Shown here: piece after piece, positions 38,434 through 45,146 of the stretch
How the letters are laid out: every line of letters starts with the position of its first letter
Position numbering within the stretch: position 1 is the stretch's first letter
Made by a program: the position numbers and the translations under genes
DNA from: Bacteroidales bacterium
Lineage (GTDB): Bacteria > Bacteroidota > Bacteroidia > Bacteroidales > WCHB1-69
DNA: 64,000 nt
Direction of reading: 5' to 3'
NCBI GenBank assembly: GCA_017651425.1
Contig: JAGCCZ010000019.1
Span: 336-64,335, forward strand
Notes under the pieces: model-generated
What the model saw: only the letters and a program-made list of their open reading frames with translations
Told to the model about the DNA's origin: nothing
The model's database searches: none

Positions 38434-38464
38434 TTTCTGCGCATCTCAGCGTGTTATGCATAAA
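38434..38464 (+). repeat. Decayed right half of the palindromic repeat, copy R9
   Basis: ttttctgcgcatctcagcgtgttatgcataaa resembles TTTTCTGCGCAAATCAGCGAGTTC.GCGGGAAA. Starts 27 nt after the lipoprotein stop. Confidence 0.5.
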
Positions 38465-38485
38465 TGTGGAAGTCCTTAACCGTAT

Positions 38486-39823
38486 TTATTCGGTGACACT
38501 TCTTAACAAAGTCATCCATTTGTCCATCCATCCCACCAATGGGGCGGGACTGCTGAGCATTCCGCTGTTGTATTGGAAGTTAAGCATTGAGAAACGCATT
38601 CGATACCGAGGACTATATTTTTTCGTATAAACAGCGAGGCTGTTGCCGCTGATGTTGTTTTCGGCTTTGACCTCCACGGGTATGATTTCATCATCCCATT
38701 GGATGACAAATTCCACTTCAGCCGTTCCGGGGGATGTCCAATAATAGGGTTTCTGATCGTCCAGAAGAGGCATGATGGACTGAAGCACTGCGTTTTCAGC
38801 TATGGCTCCTTTGAACTCTGTATAGTTAGCGATAGGATCTGTGACAACCGTTGCGGGCAGATGTGCCAAACGGCGGAGCAAGCCGCAGTCGCAGGCATAA
38901 ACCTTGAAAGCATCTGTTTCCTCGTATGCAGAAAGCGGCATTCCAGGCTTGCTGATACTGAATATGCGATGAATTATCCCCGCATCTTCCAACCACAAGA
39001 GGGCGTCTTCGTAGTCTTTGGAACGTGCGCCCGTTTTGATGACCTTCCATACGAACTTCCGGTTTTCCTTCGATAGTTGGGCTGGCAGTGAGTGCCAGAC
39101 GGCATGAATGCGCGGAATCTCGCGTGGTTCAGCGTATTTGGCAAAGTCGAGTTCATAAAGGTCAAGAATGCCTTGTAAAGTCGATTCCACCTCACCAATG
39201 CCCTTGTCTTCAAGCAGTGACACAATGGCTTCCGGCATGCCTCCAGACACTTGGTAGCGCCTGTATTCTGTACGTAACTTGTTCATGATGATTTCCGGCA
39301 AATGGCGGATTTCATCCAATGAATTGATATACTCGTATGTACGCACATCGCTGGCACGCAGGAATTCCTTGAAGGTGACAGGGAACATGTTGATGATTCT
39401 CACCTTACCGACAGGCACCGTCATCCTGCGCTTTTTCACCGCCACACCCAGCAACGAACCTGCCGCAATGATGTGATACAGGGGTGCTTCATCACAGAAA
39501 TACTTCAAACTGTTAAATGCCTCTTCGCATTCCTGTATCTCATCGAAAATCACCAGTGTCTCGCCGGCAATGATGGGCTGTTCGCAATAGAGCGTCAACT
39601 CCTTGATCAGGCGTTTAGGGTCCTTCGTGATCTCAAACAACGACTTCAGTTCCGGTTGCCGGTCGAAATCAAACTTCACACAATACTTGAAACACTCCTT
39701 GCCGAATGTCTCCATAGCCCACGTCTTACCAATTTGGCGTGCGCCTTTCAACAGAATCGGTTTCCTATCAGGAGCCTCTTTCCATGCTTTGAATTGGTTG
39801 ATGATATCTCTTTCTATTTTCAT
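38486..39823 (-). CDS. AAA-family ATPase with C-terminal DUF4143-like domain
   Basis: Start at MKIERDIINQF. Walker A is GARQIGKT and Walker B is VIFDEIQ. Confidence 0.75.
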   Translation of the reverse strand: MKIERDIINQFKAWKEAPDRKPILLKGARQIGKTWAMETFGKECFKYCVKFDFDRQPELKSLFEITKDPKRLIKELTLYCEQPIIAGETLVIFDEIQECEEAFNSLKYFCDEAPLYHIIAAGSLLGVAVKKRRMTVPVGKVRIINMFPVTFKEFLRASDVRTYEYINSLDEIRHLPEIIMNKLRTEYRRYQVSGGMPEAIVSLLEDKGIGEVESTLQGILDLYELDFAKYAEPREIPRIHAVWHSLPAQLSKENRKFVWKVIKTGARSKDYEDALLWLEDAGIIHRIFSISKPGMPLSAYEETDAFKVYACDCGLLRRLAHLPATVVTDPIANYTEFKGAIAENAVLQSIMPLLDDQKPYYWTSPGTAEVEFVIQWDDEIIPVEVKAENNISGNSLAVYTKKYSPRYRMRFSMLNFQYNSGMLSSPAPLVGWMDKWMTLLRSVTE

Positions 39824-39935
39824 ATAACACATCGGAAAGTTCGATTTTGTGTATCACCGTTACACTTTTCCTAACTTTCGGCTGCAAAAATACAAAAATA
39901 TTCATTCACCTTTTCTATTGTTCTTTAGAAAAAAA

Positions 39936-40066
39936 TCCCTGCGGACTGTACAAAAACACAGAACTTCTCCTACATGATGCAAATTAGTCATCTTCTGCGG
40001 ACACTCAATACTTTACAGAACATCGCAGATCTTTTTCCTGCGCAAATCAGCGGGTTACGTAGGGTT
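39936..40066 (+). repeat. Decayed composite of the palindromic repeat, copy R10
   Basis: tccctgcggactgtacaaaaacacaga (left-arm-like) ... ttctgcggacactcaatactttacagaacatcgcagatctttttcctgcgcaaatcagcgggttacgtaggg. The right part aligns well to copy R8. Ends 5 nt before the WG-repeat gene stop. Confidence 0.6.
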
Positions 40067-40071
40067 TACCA

Positions 40072-40575
40072 TCAGTATCTATCCAGAATATTTCCCTGCT
40101 TGTCAAGTTCGAACCAATGACCACGACCTTTCATCACCTGCACTGTGCCGAATTGGAATCGGCCCACGAGATCGTATTTTAACGGAATGACTACATTCCC
40201 CGTTGTGTCAATATAGCCCCATTTCTTCCGCAGACATACTCCCGCTCTTTCTTCATAAAAATAAGACACATTTTTGAATTGTGGTTCGATGACTATGATT
40301 GCATTTGTGTCGGCGAATCCCCATTTGTTCCCAACACGTACTGGTATCAAGCCGTCTTTACCCCACCAGGGATATTCTTCGTATGCCCTAAACCATTCAA
40401 TGGATGAGTCCGAAACACGGCATTTTTCCTGAAAAGCTTCTATCCAAGCCTCTTTTGTCATCTGATCCAATTGTCCATCCTTATTTTGCGCCAAACAACT
40501 TACGGAGAACATCATCGCAAGAGTGCATACTAAAAACAGTGTTTTAGTTCCCAAAGTGTTTCTTTTAAATGCCAT
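40072..40575 (-). CDS. Secreted WG-repeat (KWG) protein
   Basis: Start chosen at MAFKRNTLGTKTLFLVCTLAMMFSVSCLAQ. Contains NKWGFAD and KKWGYID WG repeats. Confidence 0.6.
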   Translation of the reverse strand: MAFKRNTLGTKTLFLVCTLAMMFSVSCLAQNKDGQLDQMTKEAWIEAFQEKCRVSDSSIEWFRAYEEYPWWGKDGLIPVRVGNKWGFADTNAIIVIEPQFKNVSYFYEERAGVCLRKKWGYIDTTGNVVIPLKYDLVGRFQFGTVQVMKGRGHWFELDKQGNILDRY

Positions 40576-40681
40576 ATTTCCAAACATCCAAACGAGCGAT
40601 TCTTTAAGCAATATCTTATAAAACAACGCAAAAATATAAAATCCTGCTTAATAAAACTCAAATTTTTTTTACGCAAATTCT

Positions 40682-40745
40682 CTCCCGCAGACTTCGCAGA
40701 CTGACGCAGATCTTTTTTCTGCGTAAATCAGCGGGTTCTTCGGGC
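40682..40745 (+). repeat. Triple-hexamer palindromic repeat, copy R11 (orientation A)
   Basis: ctcccgcagacttcgcagactgacgcagatcttttttctgcgtaaatcagcgggttcttcgggc. Lies 6 nt from the ICMT-like gene stop. Confidence 0.9.
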
Positions 40746-40751
40746 ATCCCA

Positions 40752-41423
40752 CTACCACACAAACGGAATCACTTTGTACCGAACTTTCTGTTTATACTCC
40801 GTGTATCCTTCAAGTCCCTGCTCCAAGACGGCCTCCTCGTTACGGATGCGCTTGGCGATGATGGGGATGTAGAGCAGCATGATCAGAAACGACCACGGGG
40901 AAGCCAACACCATGGGCATAGCGAGGAAAAGTACCAATGTGGCGGCGTACATCGGATGCCGAACAATGCTGTACAGTCCCGTGTCCACCACTTTCTGATG
41001 CTCCTGCACCTCGATGGTGCGCGACAGCCAGACGTTTTCGCGGAGCACCTCGGCGTAGAGTGCGTAGCCGATCAGGAAAACCACGGAGGCCGCATATACC
41101 GCCCAATCCGGCAGCAGGCACCATTGGAAACGATAGTTGAGGCCAGCCATTACGAACATCGCGAGGAACATTAGGCCACTTAACGCGACCACCCACTTCT
41201 GTTCCCCCTGCTTCTCCTTGGCATCCAATCGTTTGCACAACAGCTCGGGCTGGCGGAGCAACAGCACCACGCCCGCAATGAGCATCGGCCCGAACAGCAA
41301 GGCGATGAAAAGCCATCCCTGCCAGTAGGCGAAGGTGCCCGCCGGCAAAAACAGCAACGCACCCACCAGCACTAATCCGGCGAGGAACTTTGTCAGGGCT
41401 TGGAAAAAGAGTTTTGAGGTCAT
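40752..41423 (-). CDS. Isoprenylcysteine carboxyl methyltransferase (ICMT)/phospholipid methyltransferase family membrane protein
   Basis: 223 aa, multi-TM. TGLYSIVRHPMY is the family signature. Confidence 0.75.
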   Translation of the reverse strand: MTSKLFFQALTKFLAGLVLVGALLFLPAGTFAYWQGWLFIALLFGPMLIAGVVLLLRQPELLCKRLDAKEKQGEQKWVVALSGLMFLAMFVMAGLNYRFQWCLLPDWAVYAASVVFLIGYALYAEVLRENVWLSRTIEVQEHQKVVDTGLYSIVRHPMYAATLVLFLAMPMVLASPWSFLIMLLYIPIIAKRIRNEEAVLEQGLEGYTEYKQKVRYKVIPFVW

Positions 41424-41441
41424 ATCTTATTTGTTTTGTTT

Positions 41442-41506
41442 CTCCCGCAGACTGCGCAGACTGACGCAGACTGTTTTCAGCGTAAATCGGCGAGTTCTGC
41501 TGGAAA
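41442..41506 (+). repeat. Triple-hexamer palindromic repeat, copy R12 (orientation A)
   Basis: ctcccgcagactgcgcagactgacgcagactgttttcagcgtaaatcggcgagttctgctggaaaa. Lies 13 nt from the Fic stop and 18 nt from the ICMT-like start codon. Confidence 0.9.
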
Positions 41507-41519
41507 ACATATTTCCCGT

Positions 41520-42548
41520 TTATTTCAACACCTCCCAATGTCCGCTCTTGTTGCTGCCGACGCGAATGATATAGCCTGCTGTCTTCAGCTCGCCGAGTCG
41601 GCGCTTGACGGTGGCTTCAGACACGCCTAACAGAGCACCGTACGCCGCATAATTGAGACTGTTGTCTTTCAACACAGCCTGATAGAGCCGCTCCGTTATC
41701 GGGTCAGCGAACCGTTTTATCGGGTCAGAAAGCGGTTTTATCGGGTCAGCGGACTGGGATTCCTTGAACTCCTCAATCTCTTTGCGGATGTTGCGGGTGT
41801 GCTGTTCCAACATAAACCGACGGAATGGTTCTGTACTTTCCTGTTCCCTTGAATCAACCAACGACTGGATGTATTCTGCTTTGTCAGCTTTGTCGATTTT
41901 CACGGGCACCAGTCCGAATTCATATTGCAGATGATTCATCACCAATCTGGACATGCGTCCGTTGCCATCTACCCGGGGATGAATGGTCACCAATTGATAA
42001 TGGGCATCGAACGTCAACAGATATTTGGCAATCAAATCGTTAGAATTGACAAGCTGCCGTCTCATTTCGTTCAACTGCAGACAGAACTCCTGCAATTTTT
42101 CTGGAACTTTCCGATAATCCATGTAGGAGCGTCCACCGATTCCAGCGGTGACGCTGACTAAGCGCAAGTCCCCTTTGGATGCATCAAATGAACCTTGCAC
42201 TGTATTGTACGCACTTCCAGTGTTTTTCATAACCAGTGCGGACATCGTTTTCAGCATTTCCACGGAAAAATCTGTATGTTGTTCGGCAAGCCGCATCGAA
42301 TGTTCGTAAGCCGCTTTCAGGTCAAGGTTCATCAGCTGTTCCTGCATACTTCGTCCCTTCGCGGAAATACCCTCATCAAACAGCAGCTGGTTCTCAATTT
42401 CCGTGACAGTACTCCCTTCGATAGCCGTGGAATGGGTAATAATGGAATACAGATAGAACTTTTTGTAGTCTCTCTGTTCCGCAATTCCCAACGACTGGTA
42501 CTCATTGAGTGCGTCAAGCAATTGTTGTTCCTGTTTCGTGACCATCAC
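41520..42548 (-). CDS. Fic family protein with a C-terminal winged-helix domain
   Basis: 342 aa. HPRVDGNGRMSR matches the Fic motif HxFx(D/E)GNGRxxR except R in place of F. The C-terminal region is VKRRLGELKTAGYIIRVG. Confidence 0.8.
   Translation of the reverse strand: MMVTKQEQQLLDALNEYQSLGIAEQRDYKKFYLYSIITHSTAIEGSTVTEIENQLLFDEGISAKGRSMQEQLMNLDLKAAYEHSMRLAEQHTDFSVEMLKTMSALVMKNTGSAYNTVQGSFDASKGDLRLVSVTAGIGGRSYMDYRKVPEKLQEFCLQLNEMRRQLVNSNDLIAKYLLTFDAHYQLVTIHPRVDGNGRMSRLVMNHLQYEFGLVPVKIDKADKAEYIQSLVDSREQESTEPFRRFMLEQHTRNIRKEIEEFKESQSADPIKPLSDPIKRFADPITERLYQAVLKDNSLNYAAYGALLGVSEATVKRRLGELKTAGYIIRVGSNKSGHWEVLK
41696..41755. repeat. 21-bp tandem repeat x3 inside the Fic gene
   Basis: TTATCGGGTCAG recurs at 41696, 41717 and 41738. 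It encodes DPIK/DPIK/DPIT heptads (SADPIKPLSDPIKRFADPITE) on the minus strand. Confidence 0.8.
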
Positions 42549-42564
42549 AGCTGTTTTTCAGCGG

Positions 42565-42572
42565 CAAAAGTA
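42565..42572 (-). promoter_or_regulatory. Bacteroidetes-type -7 promoter box for the Fic gene
   Basis: TACTTTTG on the minus strand, 17 nt upstream of ATG 42548 and 18 nt from repeat R13. Confidence 0.5.
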
Positions 42573-42590
42573 CTATTTTTCCTGATATTT

Positions 42591-42655
42591 CTCCCGCAGA
42601 CTGCGCAGACTGACGCAGACTTTTTCAGCGTAAATCGGCGAGGTCTGCGGGAAAA
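42591..42655 (+). repeat. Triple-hexamer palindromic repeat, copy R13 (orientation A)
   Basis: ctcccgcagactgcgcagactgacgcagactttttcagcgtaaatcggcgaggtctgcgggaaaa. Differs from R12 by one indel and two substitutions. Lies 4 nt from the flavodoxin stop. Confidence 0.9.
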
Positions 42656-42659
42656 TGAA

Positions 42660-43502
42660 CTACCGTATCACCTTCGTGAACACCGGCGCTTTGTCTTTCT
42701 CCACCGTCACATAGACCTGGATCTCGTCGGTGGGCATGTCCGGCTTGTCCTCGCGGGGAAGGTTGACGGCGGTGAAGAGGTATTCCGTGCCGTCGGGCAG
42801 GGAGCGCACCGCCACCGTCTTGGCCTTGGCATTCAGCATCTGATAGCCATCGACAGCCGCGTCGAAGATGGCCGCTTCCTCTTCGCTAACCTCGTGTTGC
42901 GCAGGGAATTCCTCCAACTGTATGAATTCACCTTCAAGGAATCCGTTGGCTTTCAGGAAATTGTCAACTTCTTTGGGCATCGCCTCCATGCGGGCGGCGC
43001 GGACACCGTAGCCGGGCAGAATCTCCGCATTGGGCTCAGCTGACGCCAAGTCCTTCGCACTGGACTCCAGACCGCCGCTGCCGAAGGTGCAGAACGGCAC
43101 AATCTTCTTGCCACTCAAATCGTTGCTGAGAAGGAACTTCTGCACTGGCGGCACGTATGTGCCGAACCAGATGGGATAGCCGATAAAGATGATGTCATAA
43201 TCAGCAATGTTGGATTTGATCGGCTGAATGTCGGGGATGTTCCCTTGTTCATGTTCCTGCTTGCAGCGCTCAATGGTGGCTTGGAAGTCGCCATCGTATG
43301 GGTTCACCGCCACGATCTCTTCGATGTCGGCACCGAGCTTGCCGGAGATCTCCTCGGCCACGGCTTTGGTGTTGCCGGTTTGGGAATAATAGAGGACGAG
43401 CATCTTGGGGGCTTCCTCTTTCGGGGTTTCTTTCTTGGAACCGCAGGAGACGGCGGTCAGCGTCACGACTGCGAGAAGCAGTATCAATTTGGGACTTTTC
43501 AT
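42660..43502 (-). CDS. Flavodoxin-domain lipoprotein with an extra C-terminal domain
   Basis: 280 aa with lipobox AVSCGS. LVLYYSQTGNTKAVAEEI is a flavodoxin FMN-binding N-terminus. Confidence 0.65.
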   Translation of the reverse strand: MKSPKLILLLAVVTLTAVSCGSKKETPKEEAPKMLVLYYSQTGNTKAVAEEISGKLGADIEEIVAVNPYDGDFQATIERCKQEHEQGNIPDIQPIKSNIADYDIIFIGYPIWFGTYVPPVQKFLLSNDLSGKKIVPFCTFGSGGLESSAKDLASAEPNAEILPGYGVRAARMEAMPKEVDNFLKANGFLEGEFIQLEEFPAQHEVSEEEAAIFDAAVDGYQMLNAKAKTVAVRSLPDGTEYLFTAVNLPREDKPDMPTDEIQVYVTVEKDKAPVFTKVIR

Positions 43503-43552
43503 AGGATTGTTCTTTTATTTCAAGATGCAAAAATACTATTTTCTCGGATATT

Positions 43553-43617
43553 ATCCCGCAGACTACGCAGAATGACGCAGAAATAATGTCTGCGTTAATC
43601 AGCGGTTTCGGCGGGAG
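43553..43617 (+). repeat. Triple-hexamer palindromic repeat, copy R14 (orientation A)
   Basis: atcccgcagactacgcagaatgacgcagaaataatgtctgcgttaatcagcggtttcggcgggag. Lies 1 nt from the DMT transporter stop. Confidence 0.85.
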
Positions 43618-43618
43618 A

Positions 43619-44599
43619 CTATACGAAGAACAAGCATACACCCACCACACTGATGACGGCGCCGATGACCTCGCGGACGGTCACCTTCTGGTGGAAGAGG
43701 ATGGCCGCCGGGGCGATGATGAGGATGGGCGTGAGGGCGAAGATGGTCTGTGCGATGCCCGCGGAGGTGTACATAGTGGCCAAGAGCGACGCGCTGACCC
43801 CGATGAACGGACCGAAGATGGTGGAGGCGAACACGCACCACATGGCTTTGCGGTCGCGGACGGCGCTGCGCAGCTTCGCCAAGCCTTCTTTGCTGAACAG
43901 CATCAACGAGAGGAAGAAGCCCGCCAACCCGATGTAGGCGCGGATGGTGGTGGCGGCGAAGGGCACGCAGATGCTGACCGGCAACGGCAGCAACGCGCCC
44001 TCGAAGACCGCGTCTTGGGAGATGTTGAGCGCTGTGAGCGCCGCGTCATAATGTTGGAGCCCCATCTTGCTGAGCACCAGCCCGAAACCTTGGCAGATAC
44101 CGGCCATCGCCGCATAGAAGATACCCTTCGCGGGCAGCTTGAAACGGATACCGTGATGCTCCGAATCATCGTTTTTCGAGAGAATTGACAGGGCAATGCC
44201 GCTCAGAGTGACGACCATTCCGAGGATGGCGACCGGGCGCATCTGCTCGCCGAGGAGAATTCGTCCCGTGAGCGCTGCCGTGGGGGCCGAAAGGGTCATG
44301 AAGAGCTGCCCGAAGCGCGACCCGATATGGATGTAGCCCTGCATCAGGCAGTAGTCGCCGATGACGTAGCCAACCACGCCCGAGAGCAGCAGCCACCCCC
44401 ACGTGCCGCCGTCGGCGTAGCGGGGGTAAGGGACGCCCATAATCAGCCAGAGGGTGAGGACGAGGAAACACAGCGACATCGTCATCCGGATCGTGTTGAA
44501 AGGCAGCGAGCCCATACGCTTCGAGCCCACCTCCGCAAAAAGGGCGGTGGCAGTCCACGAAAGGGCGACGAAAAGGGAAATTAATTCACCGAGAAACAT
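43619..44599 (-). CDS. DMT superfamily (EamA-like) transporter
   Basis: About 10 TM in two EamA-like halves. First ATG at 44599 (the track ORF uses a TTG at 44614). Confidence 0.75.
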   Translation of the reverse strand: MFLGELISLFVALSWTATALFAEVGSKRMGSLPFNTIRMTMSLCFLVLTLWLIMGVPYPRYADGGTWGWLLLSGVVGYVIGDYCLMQGYIHIGSRFGQLFMTLSAPTAALTGRILLGEQMRPVAILGMVVTLSGIALSILSKNDDSEHHGIRFKLPAKGIFYAAMAGICQGFGLVLSKMGLQHYDAALTALNISQDAVFEGALLPLPVSICVPFAATTIRAYIGLAGFFLSLMLFSKEGLAKLRSAVRDRKAMWCVFASTIFGPFIGVSASLLATMYTSAGIAQTIFALTPILIIAPAAILFHQKVTVREVIGAVISVVGVCLFFV

Positions 44600-44629
44600 T
44601 AGGTTAGGGATCAAGGGTGTAGATGGTAG

Positions 44630-44645
44630 TTTTTTTGGGGGGGGG
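44630..44645. repeat. Homopolymer pair T7-G9 (A7... C9 on the coding strand) between dgkA and the DMT transporter gene
   Basis: tttttttggggggggg was read directly. It lies 31-46 nt upstream of the DMT ATG (44599) on the minus strand. Confidence 0.9.
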
Positions 44646-44701
44646 AGGTAGAGATGTCATATTATGGCATCTCCAACACCATTATGGCATTTTTTGCAAT
44701 T

Positions 44702-45082
44702 TTAGAACAATTGAATGATTTTCGGAACAAACACCAGCAGGCCGATGGTGGCGGCGGTGATGGCGTTCACTAAGACAGCGGCGGCGGCCAGGTCTTTGAC
44801 CTTCCTGATGCGGTCGTCGCGTTCGGGGCAGACCACGTCGGAGAGGTCCTCGATAGCCGAGTTGAAGATTTCGCCGCTGAAGACCAGCCCGATGGCAAAG
44901 GCGACGGCCGCCCATTCCAGCAGCGACAGTTTGAGCAGCGCGCCCGCGATGACGACGCAGACGGTCGCGAACAGATGTATCCGGCTGTTGTGCTCCTCCT
45001 GGAAGAGCACCTTCAGTCCGTTGAACGCGTATGTGAAGCTTTTCAGCCGTTTCGCTATAGAAAATTTCTCCTGTTTTTTCAT
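44702..45082 (-). CDS. dgkA: Diacylglycerol kinase family protein (DgkA-like)
   Basis: 126 aa from ATG 45082 (MKKQEKFSIAKRLKSFTYAFNGLKVLFQEEHNSRIHL...EIFNSAIEDL), 3 TM. Confidence 0.75.
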   Translation of the reverse strand: MKKQEKFSIAKRLKSFTYAFNGLKVLFQEEHNSRIHLFATVCVVIAGALLKLSLLEWAAVAFAIGLVFSGEIFNSAIEDLSDVVCPERDDRIRKVKDLAAAAVLVNAITAATIGLLVFVPKIIQLF

Positions 45083-45146
45083 CCCGCAATTTTTGAGGAG
45101 GCAAAAGTACAAATTTTGTATTTTTGCGGAATCAAATATTTTACAG

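Noticed and set aside
40840-41538. 232-aa ORF overlapping the ICMT-like gene in another frame
   Set aside because: It is a same-strand alternative frame of a gene with a clear family signature (RHPMY). Its N-terminus runs through repeat R12.
28398-43617. Could the repeated ~65-bp elements be a CRISPR array?
   Set aside because: The repeats are separated by 0.5-1.5 kb of protein-coding genes rather than 25-50-bp spacers. They are long imperfect palindromes of variable sequence, and no cas genes are present.
28398-43617. Classical integron attC array
   Set aside because: There is no IntI-like tyrosine recombinase or attI in the window. The repeats lack RYYYAAC/GTTRRRY core sites. Most units have their own promoters, and some genes are on the opposite strand. 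I keep only the analogy in the findings, not the call.
44715-45146. N-terminal 144 codons of track ORF 44715..46586
   Set aside because: This part is antisense to dgkA. A signal-peptide-bearing start at ATG 45147, downstream of a divergent promoter region, is far more plausible.
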